DNA of 64,000 nt from Amoebophrya sp. A120 (taxonomy: Eukaryota > Protista > Dinoflagellata). Shown piece by piece: positions 22,819 through 35,734 of this stretch (position 1 is the stretch's first letter; every line of letters begins with the position of its first letter). Where the stretch lies: assembly GCA_905178155.1 (NCBI GenBank), contig CAJINV010000003.1, positions 754,517-818,516 of the forward strand, given 5' to 3'. Made by a program: the position numbers and the translations under genes. The notes beneath the pieces were generated by a model. That model ran no database searches and had not been told where the DNA came from. It was given only the letters and a program-made list of their open reading frames with translations.

Positions 22819-25800
22819 ATGACCAGAAAGAACTACACTCTAAGCTGCTGGTCGCCAGGGCTGGTGGCCCGCACTATGTTCGTCTTCACGATCGAAGTTT
22901 TGAGTGTCCTAAGCGTTCTATCTTCGCGTGCGGCGCCGGCCCTCTCGAGTGCTGGAGCGGCGTCGAAGTCGAGCCATGTTGAGGTGCCGCAGATAAAGAA
23001 CGTGTACTTCTACAAAACGAAGCTGGAAGAATACGAGGAGGGCGCGCAGCTAATCGAAAAGCTCAAGACTCTCGACATGGCGCTCCATCTTTCGCCGTTT
23101 CGGTACCGCACCGGCATTCAGCAGAAAAAAGACGGTCGTGCAAAGTCGCAGAACGAAAAGTGGTACGCTTCCCGCGCAAATGGTTGCTATCGTTACATCT
23201 GGAAAGCGCAAACCGTTACAGTGCTGCCCGCTGACGCTGCGGAAGGTGGAGGTACTACGCCAACCAGTGTCGTGGTCACGCTGTGGTTTCTTGTGGAGCT
23301 CTTGTTGGATGGGCACCACTACGACCACATCACCGGCAGCGCGGAAAGGCGCTGGAAACTGGCGCTACCCCAGGCACTTACGGAAGTCCTTGAAATGCAA
23401 CAGCAGGAGCCCCAGTCGCTGAAGGGTCTTGCGCTTGCAATTCGCGAAGTCAGTGGGTTTACTCTGTTTGACGGGCAGGAGCAGGTGGCGCGCCAGGTAG
23501 CACCAGAGCAACCGACAAGCAGTGCTGGCAAGCACCGCGAAGACCAGAAGCACCGAAGCAAACAAGGTGAACAAGCGATGCTCTCGCGGTCGTGGCACCG
23601 CCAGAATCCGGTCATCCAGGAAAATGAGGTCCAGATTCTCAGCCGGCACTTGGCTATTGAGGCGGACCGTGCGTTTCAAGAAGCTGCTATGGGACCAGAG
23701 GCAACAGGGGCGGGCTTGGGCGCCGTGTCGCAAAGCGACATACCTTTACGCGACCGCATCACCTTCATCAGTGGCCCCCCTGGAAGCGGCAAGAGTGTGC
23801 AGCTGCTTGCGCTCTTGTTGAAAATCCAGGCAGAAGTACCGAAGGCCGTGGGCGAGGGCGGGGTGGTGCTGCAATATCACACTCAGAGCGAGAGGCTCCG
23901 GAACGACGTCACGAAGCGGCTGCGGCAGCACTACGCTGTAGCAGCCGACGAACCTGCCTCGTCGGGCGGCTCGTCTGACAATGAGCAGAAGGTAGACAGA
24001 ACAACATCGAGAGAAGCCATGCTACCCCAAGCTACCGGAATCTCAGTACAAGCCGGGCCGCTGAAATTGTCGGAGTTATCAACGGAGCAGAAGAAGCAAC
24101 TACTTGCGGCGGTGGAGCAACAGCCTCTCCACGGACGCTACTTGGGCGCGGAGGAATACAGGAAAAATTGGGGGAGCGAGGGCCTCCTGGATTTGTATCA
24201 GATGGCCGCCGCCATCTGTTCTGATCTCGACCTCTTCATCGCGCAAGGCGGGCTCCGCAATCAGAAAGAGTGCAGAGAGCGCATCAAGACTCGCTTCTCT
24301 CGGAAGATTAACGACATGGCTGCGCATCTCGGTGGCGACTTCGCCTCGCATGTGGCAGGCGCATTTCTTTCTTGGGCCGCAGACTCTGCACAATTGATAG
24401 CGGACACACCAGGTCCCTTTACAAAATGGGAGAATGACTACGAAAATGAGTTCGCGTCGAAGCTCAGATTCATTGGTGGCTCCAAAAAAGCTGGAAAAAT
24501 CAGCCGGGGTTACCTGGCGGTGGACGAAGCGCAGAACCTGTCGCCGATGGCCCTGGCGTTCTACCTAAAGCTGGCCAAGAAAAGCCCCAGAATCCACCTC
24601 GTTTTCGCGTTCGACAGGAATCAGCAGCTTCTGGGCGGTTTGAACGACAAGCGCCGGTTCGTGAGGGGGCTGGTGGATGCCGCAGAGGATCCCGCTGCGA
24701 GAGGCGGCGCGCCGCAAATTCGGGAAACAGCGCTTCCGGAAATCTGGCGCTCACCGCCACGCCTCGTGCCGGTTCTTCAGCGAATTGCCAACCTGCGCGA
24801 GGAAGCTTTGACGCGTTCCGGCGGTGCGGGCCAAAGCAGAAAGGAGGAGCTTCGTAGTGCGTACAAAGAGCGCGAACAAGCCGAGGATGGGGGCAGTGCG
24901 GACGGCGAAGGCGCTGTGGTGGTGGCGCTCAAGTTGAACAAGGGGACCTCCAGTTTTGCCGAAATCAGAAACCAGTTTGAAGATGCCGCGGTCGTGAAGC
25001 CGGCCGACAGTGGCGGCATCTGGATCGCGCACCGCCGCGGAAGGGGCACACTGGCGCGGACTATTCGGCAGAACAAGAGGAGAACCACGACGCGCCAGAA
25101 AACGGAGATTGTGAAAAGCAACAGGGGGCGGCCGGTAAGAAAAGCAGCAAAGAGGCGGAAGACGCCGGCCTTGCCGACAAGCAACAGCAAGAACGCCCTG
25201 CTGCGTTTTGTTAGCAGCGCGCCCCCGCAGGCCGGCTCCAGCAGTATTGAGGTTGACACACTCGACAGTATGCCCTGGGTTTATCTCGATGAAGACAGGG
25301 CGAAAGCGTGGGACAGCGATGCGACCAGCCTCTCGGCCCTGCAGGCACAAGGCCAAGAGTGGCCCGTCGTCGTTGTCGCGGACCCACATGAATTCCTGAG
25401 TGGTCGTGGTGCCGACCCGGTCGCGGTGCGCCGGCGTGTGGACGGTCTCGCCAAGCTTTTTGTCGCAATTTCACGGGCGACAGCGCGTTCTCATATTGAC
25501 GAAAGACGCGGACCGCCTGCGGAAAGCTCTCTCCGTGGGGCCGCACTTCGCGGTAGCGACCGGGGCTGCGCAGCTCAGAGAGATTTTGAAGAAGGCCCGG
25601 CGCAGCGCCCGCACTTGGGTAAGTTCCTTCGCCGAGTATTTGGCCAACGAGCAAACGCAGGAGCAGGCAAAAGCCAGCTTTGTGAAGCACCTATTCGAAG
25701 GCGAAGGTGGCCGCGCAAAGGAGCGCCCCGCGCATTGGGACAGGAAGTTCCGCGCGCTTGGCGACAGGTCTCTTGACTGCATTGCCGCGAGGATGCTGCG

Positions 25801-27391
25801 TGACAAAGCTCTTTGGCATTCACAGGAGGCCGCGCGGTCGCAAGAGGCCGCGTGGAAGGTGTTTCGCGATTTAGTAGCCGAGCAGGACGAGGTAAAGCGC
25901 CGAGAAGACGAATCCTGGTCCTGGATTGCGGAAGCGGGGGAGGCGGCAGACTTTGTCGGGCTGCAGCGTGATGAGACTTTCAAGCAGAGCAACCTGGCGA
26001 GCGAGGAGCATGATGGCGAAGGTGATGGGGTCGTCCGGCCTGATCTTGCATCCGGGCCACCCGGCGGGCAAGGTCCTGGCGGCGGAAACACGGGCGACGA
26101 GGCGGGCGCGCATCGTGAAACGGCGCCTGGGAATTTCCTGCCAGGGCAAATGGTCCTTGTTTACGGGCTCAAATCAAGACCGGAGCTCAATGGCAAAGAA
26201 GGGCGCTTGGAGACCTTCCTACCCAAACAAGGGCGGTGGCAGGTACGCCTAAGCTCCGCAGCTACGGGGCAGGCGCCGATACTGTTAAAGCCCGAAAACA
26301 TAAGAGCGAAGTTCCGGTTGCCAGGGCAAAGAGTCCGCATCTCTGGGCTCGTATCAAAACCGGAGCTCAATGGCGAAGAAGGGCGCTTGGGAGATGTGCG
26401 TCTAACCTCTTCCGGAGAACGGCGGTGGGAGGTGCGTATAACCCCCGCAGCTAGGGGGCAGGGGCTGGTACTAAGGCCCGAAAACATAAGCGTGGTGTCT
26501 GTTTCCGATCCGGAAGTTCCAGCGGCGCACGCGCACTGCACGTGGGTGCGTGAGTTTTTCGCTCAGGCGCTAGAGCTTCAGAAAACTTGGAGCGGGACCA
26601 AGAAAGAGTTGAAGGCGGAAAACGTCGAACGCATTCTTTTTCTCCTCGAGCTTGTTTTCCGCCTCCTCATAGAAGCGCATCAGGCCGATGGCTACGTTAC
26701 GTTCGACTACGAGACGGCGCCTTTGCAGCCACGGACCGGAGTAGACAGGCCAAAGAGAAAGAGAAAGTGCTTCCCTCGAGCGGCACACGCTCCGAATGAA
26801 ACTGGCGGGGATATAGAGCTGCGGAGCGAGCAAGCGAGGAAAAAAGCAAAGGAAAGGGGGTGCCAAACCTGTGCTGTTAAAGATAGCATGCAGCAACGGT
26901 ATACGCAGCAGTACGATGGTTCGACCCTCGATGGTGACATGGCGTCCCGGGTAGGTGATTTGAAAATAGCAACGCAAGCTGCGCTTCGAAAATGGAGGAA
27001 AAGCGGGGAGCACGACCCAGATGATATAGACGAGTTGCTACGGGAGTATGTTGCTGAAGAATTTCAGCGACTTCGCGAGATTGCGATTTTGGAAATGGCG
27101 CACCTGAACGACCCTCGTCACTCCGAAGCCTACCCGCTGGGGGCCTCGGGGCCCATACAAGCGGTTCGCCTCTTCGATCTTGAAGGTTCTCCAGAGCTGA
27201 ATGGGAAGAAAGGGCTCTTGGGGAGCCTCAAGGCACAAAAAGGGCAGTGGGTGGTGGAATGGATTTCCGAACACGGTCGTAAGTTCGAAGAATTGGCCCA
27301 GCCCAAGAATATCAAAATCTGCGGAGCCGCCGGGCCTGCTGAGAATGAACCCGAAACTCCGGACGTTGGGCTTGGAAGAGGCATCATCTAA
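22819..27391 (+). CDS. SF1 (UvrD/TRANK1-like) helicase-domain protein with possible N-terminal RelE-like domain and three C-terminal SH3-like repeats; +1 frameshift at ~25480
   Basis: Walker A GPPGSGKS (23773), Walker B VDEAQ (~24520), FDRNQQL, WRSP, AQGQEWPVV, motif VI LFVAISRA; continues QRVLILT in the +1 frame; repeats GLxSxPELNGxEG…RWxV…LKPENI at ~26140, ~26320, ~27160. Confidence 0.75.
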
Positions 27392-29794
27392 CTGCACTGG
27401 GGGGGAGCGTGCAAAGGGTTGGGACCTCCTGGCTCGAGTTCAAAGCATTTCACATTTGTATTGAAAGCGAACTTAAAATTTGTATTGTGGCTGGTGGCAA
27501 ACTTAATTTATATTTATATTTGTGTGTTTTGTGGTTGGCGTTGGTGGCAAACTTAAATTTGTATTGAAGGCGATCTTCATCGTCGCTTCCATATCCATTC
27601 TGCTTTGGAACATGTAAGATGCCCTTTTTTGAAGGAAATTCTCATTCGCTACTCTAGGTTTTTTCAGGCAGGCTTGTGCGTTTTTTGACAATGCAATCAA
27701 ATTTCTGTGAAATTCACTTATGCTGCTCAAGATACTTTCGTAGCGTTGACTTCAGGTAAGGGCCGAGGATTGAGCTAAGATTTCTTTTGCTTCTCCGACT
27801 AAAAGCGCATATCTACACGCTACAAAATTTCTTTCAATTACTGAAGTGATCGTGAGCCGCCTGACTTTAGTTTAAGTGGTCTGAAATCGAAAAAGGATCT
27901 TGGGAAAGAAAAATGAGTTTTACAACATTTATATCGAAATCCAGAACCTGTACCTAATTGCTTTTTGTCGCTCTAGCTCTGTTTTGAATAAATCTACTTC
28001 CCAGTGTGGCTCTTCGCAGCAAAGTCTTCTCGCCCACAGCTCCACCCCAGGTGCTCGGAGCGTAGTTTTAGGTTTCCATAGTCTGCAAAAAGTTTCTTTC
28101 AGTTATCTCTATCTCATCTGTGAGCTCCTGACAAACGCACGGCTGTTTTGCGGCCGACGTGGTGGTTAGGGTAGGTTGCTTGACTACTGCGCTGAGCCTG
28201 GCCTGCGTATCTCAAATCAAAAAGCAAAATCTTCATGTATCTATAAATAGTTTAAGAATTTATAGTAATAGTTATTACCGAAGAAACTTTCGGGATTTTG
28301 AACGAACGAATTACGAAGAGCTGCAATGAACCGATGGCACCACGACAAAACGCATGGGTGCTCGGAACACTGAGTCTGAAGATGTGAATTTATTTAGGTC
28401 GTATTATGCAAGACAGGCAGTATTTTGAAAGACAAAGACGAGAAGAGCCAAACGTATAAAGGTATCCAGGAAGATAGGCTTTGATCATGGCTTTCGGTTT
28501 TGATGCTCAACGCACAGCTATCGAATCGCTCACAAACTCAGACGCGCAACCAGCACTATTAGCACGCAAAAAACACGGAAGACTGATGCCACGGGCACCA
28601 TCGAGCTGCATTACAAACATTTCGCTATCACCCAGAAGGGAGGAGCTGAAGTGATATTTTGAATCGTAGCAGGGGCGCTTGATTTCTCGGCCAACTATAT
28701 CTATGACTTTTTTTTGACAAACGCCTGGTCGTAGGGAGCAAGGGGACAAGACTTGTTGAGGTACGAAGTTAGCATGACGCGTTTACCTTTACACTTTTTA
28801 GTTTTACTTACAACAACAGCAGGACCTTGATTCTGACCTATTGGCGCTGAAACAATTCACGGTAGGCCAAACATGGAGCCCAAAAGTGTACACTTAGAAA
28901 GTGCGACCCGTTACTTGTTGACAGCTCTCACACAGATCAGAGCACTACGCAAGAGAGGTAAGGAAAGAAAAAGTGACTTTGAGACGCTGTGCTAGGTTTA
29001 CAATTGTTTTGGAAAAGGAAATCGAGGACGAATAACGAAAAAGTAAAAGAAGAAACAATCTAGTTGCACAATTGTTTTGCAAATCGAAGAACGAAAATCT
29101 GAAATGTATATAGAAGTGGAGAAAGTGTTGAAAGCAGGAGACGACCTGCGAAGTTCTTTTGAGGGGAAGACCGAGACGAAGACCGAAATTTCCTACGGGA
29201 CCCTGTTACGGTGCTGTGACTCCAATTTGTATGAAGGGACCCTCGTCGTGAAAATGCAGAGCGATCATGCTGTTGCTCGTGCAAGAGATCTGGAGTTTTG
29301 AACGAGAGATAAAATCTCATTCTCAGGCGTGTAGTTTTACGAGAAAGTAGCAGCTTAGCTTGCAACTTTTGCCGTCCGTTTTTTTTCCCTCCCTTACCTG
29401 TTTGCGAAAGACTAAAGAGACGAAGTTATGGCAGCAACGCGTTCGTTTTTCGATACGAAGTTATGGCAAGCCAGGTGTTCTTTCTTTCTGTTGCTCTCGG
29501 TGACACAAACAAAGAAGCACGACTCAACAACTGCTAGCACAATACAACTGCGCCATTGACCTCGGCTTCCTCGTAAGGGTTAGTGCTCCGTCTTCTATCT
29601 TTGCTCCTGCGGTGCGTGGATATAATACTCATGATTCGATGTCGCTAGTTCTTTCGCGTCAAAAAACATCTTCGTAGCCTCGTTCTTAGTGTGTCTCTAC
29701 CGTTCGTTACGTATCTTCAACATACGAATTCATTCTCAAAAGCCTTACTCGTACTCCTAAAACCTCGCCCGCCAGCAAGTAAAACTAAGTACAA

Positions 29795-32539
29795 ATGTCT
29801 GCAAAACGAACACTAACATCACCTTCAATGACAAGAAGTATTGTCATGAGCCTCCAGCACTTGTATTTCTATTTTCGCAAGATGAAGGGCATGGGTAAAG
29901 CAGCAAACGCACTAGTTGTTTCATTTCTGTTTGTGTTTCTCAACACATCGTTGGATCGTGTTGGTTGGTACCAACCGGCTTCTGCGATTAGAAGTGCTGT
30001 TTCATCTTCAGACGAATCACAGCACCGGGGACAACGTGATGGCAGCTTGCGGATCATGCGAAAAAGAAGCCGGCGAGAGCGTGAAGGTGATTCAGCATCT
30101 ACTGCGCACCAGGGTGCCTTGGCTGCGACACAGGGGTCCTGGTTTTGGGACAGCAACACGGAGAGTTGGATCTGGCGTTCTAAAAGAGGGCACCATCACG
30201 AAGGACCTCAACCTCGACAAAAATGCGCACGACAACGACTTGAAGAGTTTGCGCTCAACACGAGCAGACGCAGACCTAGCGCGCTTGGTCGGACAGGCAA
30301 AGCAGCTCAGAGATTTCGCCATGGTGCCGGTGCGGCCTCGCTCGGTTCCGTGGCGCACCCAGGTAATGGCAATGACCCGCACCAGCAGCAGCTGCATAAC
30401 TGCCAAGATCGAGCGGCTTTTTACATGATTGCAGGCCCTGATGTAGTGAGCAAGTTGGAACCAGCTGTCGTCTCGCGCGCCGATGTTGCAGCAGGCCTTC
30501 GTCATGCATGCCGAGGTGCTGGGGACGATGGTGAAGGCGTTCTTGAAGCGTCAATCGAATCGTCCACAACAGCTTGTTCGCCGGGCTGTGTAACGGAGGC
30601 GTCGGAGGATTTTTTTGTTTCGGACGACCACGAGAGTGCCGAGGATCAGGATGTGAAGAAGAAAGCTGCTGTTCCACGACATGGACGTCCTCTACCAAGA
30701 ACCGCTGGTGATCCTGCTGCTGCGACGAGGACCAGACCTCTGGTTGTACTAGACGACAAACCTCCTGGACGAGGTGGAGAGGATACCGCAGCAGGGAGAG
30801 AGAGTACCCCAACCGCACCTGCTGCTGTTGTAGGAGACGAGGGACTGCTGGGCCGGCTGCCTCTGGTCGCGACATTGATGTCTTGCCATCGGAGCTCCTT
30901 CGCAAGAGGGAACGGCGATGACGATTTCTCGACTCGTCCTTCGCGTTGTTCCGCAATGAGTTCTTTCCCGCAAGGGCGGGGAGGCAATGGGAATAGAAAT
31001 GCGAATATGTCCGTACCACCAGTGGTATTTTCACGACCTACTCATACTCTACACTGTAGTCTAACCTCCGCCTCCGCGCCGCAGTGTGCAAACACAAAGA
31101 CGCCGACAGCGTCATGCAAGGGGTGGCATAGTACTAGTCGTGGGCCGATACGACCCCGATTCCACAGACCTAGGAGAGGACAATTTCTTTGGCCCGGAGC
31201 GAAAAAACAGAACGAGAAGCAGAAACAAGGCGGGCCCAAGGCCTTGTCGGCGTTCCGGCAGCGCGCGTCGCTTCTTCGCGCATGTGTCGCCAAAGCCTAC
31301 ACGAAAACTCGAATCCGACTAAGCGGGGTGAAGAAGGCGTACTTGCGGCCGCTGTGTGCTGCTGCGGTGGAGCTCGTTTTCTCGGAGGCCTGCAGCTACG
31401 CGTTCCTGGAGCAGGTGTTGGGCCGACCAGAAACGTATTGCGGACGGTTCTGCGCCAGCTGTCTGGCGCAGCTTCTGCGAACTGTCTTCCGCAGAGTGTA
31501 TAGGCGAGCCATTGTGCCTCTGCTGGAGCAAAGTAGAGAAGGGCAGACCGAAAGTTGTCAGAACGTTTGTTCATCCTCCTCGTCGCAGCAGCTGCCGCCG
31601 CCCGATGCAAAAGTAGCTACTTTGTCCAGTTCCCTGCAGCTCCACTGCTCCGCTGCACATGATCGACGTGGAAGCTGCGTCAGTTGTGAGAACGCTCTGT
31701 GTAGCACGAGGTGGGCGAAAATCTCAAAGACCGACTCGGACCGCGCAACAACTTCTCCTATGTTGATGCAACGACACGTCCGTCATACCGCCGATGGGGC
31801 TGCTGCAGTTGTCTCTCCTCCTCCTGCATCTTCATCTGAAGGACCAGGTTCCATGAGGGTTCCGTCGTTGTGGAATGGTGTGCCCCTCCGTCGGGTATCT
31901 TGCCCAATGCGACGCACCTCCGGGACACTCAATCGAGATCCTTGTTGCCCCTTGGTCGCGGCACCAGAGAGCAGTTGTATGGTGCGTAATTATAGTTCAG
32001 ACGGAGCTTGTGCAGAAGGTGGCTTGCTAAGCGCGCGACCGGCAAACGCCGGCGCGCCGCCCCGTGAGAAGGAGAACCATTGGTCCTGCGCAAGGATGCC
32101 TTTTGGTAGGCCTTCACCGCTTGCGCTTGACGATGACGTGCCGCTTACTGGTGGGGATCATGCGTCCACCTCGGCTGTAACGAAGGGACCGGACCCCCTC
32201 GACACGACCTCCACGACAGAAAAACGCGGCGACGGTTCTGACAGTGAGGCCGAAGACGGAAGTACGAGCGGAACTTTTTTGACGCCAAAAACCCTCCCCG
32301 AGGTGTGTTCTGAGGTTTGCTGCAACGTCTTACTCCCTGAGAGCATCGCGGAAGGAGACAGTCTGGCCTCCTCAATCCTTTCGGAGATGGCGAGTGCAGC
32401 AATGGAATCAACTGCGTCTGCAATGGACGACTTGGTGAAAAGGTCTCATTTGTGTAAAGTGGTACAGCAAGCATACAGTGTGGACAAAGCGAGGGCGAGA
32501 CTTTTGCAACGTCTCCCGAGACCCTTCAAAGCTTTTTAG
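29795..32539 (+). CDS. Hypothetical single-exon protein with N-terminal hydrophobic (signal-like) segment, largely low complexity
   Basis: 914-aa ORF co-oriented with neighbours; ALVVSFLFVFL segment near the N-terminus. Confidence 0.6.
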   Translation: MSAKRTLTSPSMTRSIVMSLQHLYFYFRKMKGMGKAANALVVSFLFVFLNTSLDRVGWYQPASAIRSAVSSSDESQHRGQRDGSLRIMRKRSRREREGDSASTAHQGALAATQGSWFWDSNTESWIWRSKRGHHHEGPQPRQKCARQRLEEFALNTSRRRPSALGRTGKAAQRFRHGAGAASLGSVAHPGNGNDPHQQQLHNCQDRAAFYMIAGPDVVSKLEPAVVSRADVAAGLRHACRGAGDDGEGVLEASIESSTTACSPGCVTEASEDFFVSDDHESAEDQDVKKKAAVPRHGRPLPRTAGDPAAATRTRPLVVLDDKPPGRGGEDTAAGRESTPTAPAAVVGDEGLLGRLPLVATLMSCHRSSFARGNGDDDFSTRPSRCSAMSSFPQGRGGNGNRNANMSVPPVVFSRPTHTLHCSLTSASAPQCANTKTPTASCKGWHSTSRGPIRPRFHRPRRGQFLWPGAKKQNEKQKQGGPKALSAFRQRASLLRACVAKAYTKTRIRLSGVKKAYLRPLCAAAVELVFSEACSYAFLEQVLGRPETYCGRFCASCLAQLLRTVFRRVYRRAIVPLLEQSREGQTESCQNVCSSSSSQQLPPPDAKVATLSSSLQLHCSAAHDRRGSCVSCENALCSTRWAKISKTDSDRATTSPMLMQRHVRHTADGAAAVVSPPPASSSEGPGSMRVPSLWNGVPLRRVSCPMRRTSGTLNRDPCCPLVAAPESSCMVRNYSSDGACAEGGLLSARPANAGAPPREKENHWSCARMPFGRPSPLALDDDVPLTGGDHASTSAVTKGPDPLDTTSTTEKRGDGSDSEAEDGSTSGTFLTPKTLPEVCSEVCCNVLLPESIAEGDSLASSILSEMASAAMESTASAMDDLVKRSHLCKVVQQAYSVDKARARLLQRLPRPFKAF

Positions 32540-33198
32540 AGATATGCTGCGGTCGTCTTTGCGAGCAAATACAACATGCTCTTCTCCGCACAGAAACAGC
32601 TCGATAGCAAAGGTCCGGCTGCAGGTTTTTACTGTAGCTTCATCACGCAGGGTAAGGATACAAAGCAGAAATGCCCACTCGCATGTGCGCACACCTCAGT
32701 CCAAAGTGTTCATACATGCTCTATTTTCCATTACTGCTTCCTGGCAGGAAGATGGCTGTAACTCTATGAGAGAGTTGTATGCCAAAACTGTCTTCCTGAG
32801 CGCAAAAAAGCGTGAGTAAACCGCCAAAGTATCTGTAGGCCACCGAGTTGGTTCTAAAAAGAAATCCCGTTTTCAGAGCATAAATGGAGCTGGTAGCGTT
32901 TTGTTATTTTGTCCAATCGCAATCATAAGAAGTACATCAAGGCAATAAGAGAAAGTAAACCACTTGTTTGCAACGTCATCGCCGCCCGGAGGTAGCGTAC
33001 TGCTCACCCGAGCTCTGATGATGTTGCGCAGTTATTGTAGTAGCTGCGTTTATTCTCTTTCTCTTGCTCTCCGCGCAGCAACAACGACTATAATCCTTTC
33101 GACGAGGACGAACTACTTGGCAAAGATGTGAAAAAATTATATATATCAGCAGCAAGAAGGAGAAGAACAAAAAGAAGTACTGAGTAAAGTAAGAGTTC

Positions 33199-35734
33199 AT
33201 GCCGACGTGTCCCACGTATAACGGAACGCCAGGTGGGGGCGACCTCGACCACGACATGAACTACAACACGTACGTTGGTGGCGGTGGGGAACATGATGGT
33301 AGTACTGGAAACAAGCTTTTAGAGCAACCGCCAACGGGGGGACACTACAACACGACGACCCCGCAAAACCAGTTCCTTTCCAGTGGCGGTGGAGGCTCGT
33401 CTGGGTCGCGAGATCAAGGAAACTATCACGAGAACAACGCGATGATGTACAATTACAGCCAGGATAGTTACAACAGCAATCACAACTTGAACTTTTACGG
33501 CGCAGGCGATTACGCAAACCCCAACGCAGCTGCCGCCCCCGCGTTTGGTGGCTCTTACAACGCTGGGATGTCGACCGGCGGAGGAGGTTTGTTGGTTCCC
33601 GCAACAAGCAGGTCTTCAACAATGGCCACTACTACCCCAAACAACATGCAGCTCCTCGTGTCCCCGGGCGATCAGCAACAGATTCAGCATGCGCACCTCA
33701 CGGCCAACGGCAACATGAATTTTGGCTATAACTACATGAATACGACCTCGGCGTTGATGGGCACTGGGCCGGGAGCTGGGTTTTCCGGTCCACAACAGCA
33801 ACAGCATCTTCACTTCCAGCTTGTCCAACAAAATCGCACCCCGAGCAATACGATTGTCGTGATCCCTACGTACTGTTTCAGCACCGGCCCGCGGAACGCC
33901 AGTTGTAACACGCTCATGGTGCGGGGGCGAGGGAGATTAGAGATAGATCTGACACAGGTCCTCCAGCTGCCTACGGAAAAAGAAGTCCAGATAGCGCAGC
34001 ACTTCCTCGAAGCAGGCCCGGATGTGCGAAATTCGGAAATACAGCGGATTTGCGACGATCTGCACTTGCAAACCGGGTACGTCCACATTGAGTACGAAAC
34101 GTTAGAGGGTTTCTTGCAGGCCATCGGCGATACAGCATTTGCGGAAACGTACTCGCAAGCAACGTTGGACACAGTCGTAAAGGTGCGCGACCGCCTCAAT
34201 CGACAGAACACCGCAATCGAGTTTGCAGTTGCGAACGCCGTCGCACGAAACGAAGGCTACTACACGGGGATCCGAGCAGCAAACCACAATTTGCTTGAGC
34301 GTTTCGACAACAAGCTGGACTCGATAAATGTGTCCGCAACTGCTGCTGCGTCCTCTGGTGCGGAAAACCATGCGCTACTGCTTCCCCTGAACCAGGAACA
34401 CGAATATCAGGCCTTCTTGTCCTTATGTAAGGCCTTATGTTTCGACTTGTTTGATGAGTACTTGTCAACACCTTTTCTTCGTGTCTTGCACATGCTCTTG
34501 TCGCGCCAATGGCATATGCTTGTCGCACCAATGGCATAAGTGAATATGCGTGGCAGGAGCTTTTGCAGCAATTCAACTTTTTCAGTATCTACTTTGCCGG
34601 CGGTCCCCCGTCGTATGATTTTATTCTATTTTCCTCAAGCTTACCTATAGCTTGGTAATCCACCATGTAGAAGTACTACAAAAAATGAAAATCATGCCTG
34701 TGCAGATGCGACCCGGATTGCCGGAACACCCGGCAACGTCGGCGACTCGTTGTGGATAATGCGCGGATTCCTGACAGCTGCGGCGCAGACGCACCAATTC
34801 GCAAAGGAGGCTGAAACCATAGCGAAAGGGTTGGGGTCTATTCGGGACCTGGCGACCTTTGGCTCGGGCACAGACACCAGCACCGGCAGCAACAGCTCGA
34901 GCCAGCAGATGTTTGCCACGGCGAAAAGTATTTTCCTCCTCGCGTTGCTTCTACTTGTGGCGCCAATTGTGTTGTTTTGCCTGTGCATTATATCATGCAG
35001 CCACGCAAAGAATAAAGGCTAGGGCAAGCGCTTGAGTCCGGGCGTGTCCTCGCGTGCAATTGAAGTCCAAGTCCTGAAATCAGCATCAACTCGCTTGCTC
35101 ACGAAAAGAAACAAGAAGAAAAAGATAAAATTAAAAAAAATACTGACATGACAGGTCATCCTTCCGGGATCTGGACGGAGGAAACAGAACGCACTGTGAT
35201 TAGTTGTTTCGGATTGCTGCGCTGTTACATATTTCCGAATGGGGACGGCGATGGGGAGAAGTACAGTGAGTTTCCCACGATTCGAACACTGCAAGTCATT
35301 CGCAAGTATAATCTGGTCCATTTTTTTGAGCAACAAGAGCATTTATCGTCCTGCGTGTGGTCCTGGTTTTCAAGTATCGTCTTACTCTTACGCTTTCACT
35401 CCTAAAACTGCCATCAATCCGTCGAAAAATAGTTCTTACTAAATTAGAAAGAAAGAACCCCACAACTCGTTCCAATACCAGATCGCTCCGTCGTCTTGTG
35501 GGAATTGCGAGGTGGGATGCGTTGGAGATGGAAGCGGTGAACCAGCAGCCCTTGGAAAGCAAGGAGTTCTTCAAGAAAGCCAGGTTGGACTTTGAGCGCA
35601 TCTCGCGGTTGGAGGCGGCAAAGGCCGAGGAAGCCGAGAAGAACAAGAATTCTGTGGGAATTATGGTGCAGCAGGGCCTAGAGGCGCTGGGAATTCTACG
35701 GGAAGGGAAAACGGACTGGAATAACCCATCGTGA
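33199..35734 (+). CDS. Hypothetical protein, N/G/Y/Q-rich N-terminus; ~4 exons with GT-AG introns (34427-34705, 34928-35154, third ~35261/35266 to 35481/35447)
   Basis: 446-aa ORF splices in phase via GTAAGG…TGCAG and GTATTT…GACAG into the downstream ORFs at 34750, 35148 and 35357. Confidence 0.6.

Noticed and set aside
28470-28720. Possible decayed reverse-transcriptase motifs (LMPRAPS…NYIYDFF)
   Set aside because: Motifs are degenerate, out of frame and wrongly spaced; not supportable without an HMM search
29420-29468. loxP-like half sites (ACGAAGTTAT x2)
   Set aside because: Direct rather than inverted orientation, no 8-bp spacer architecture; short local duplication
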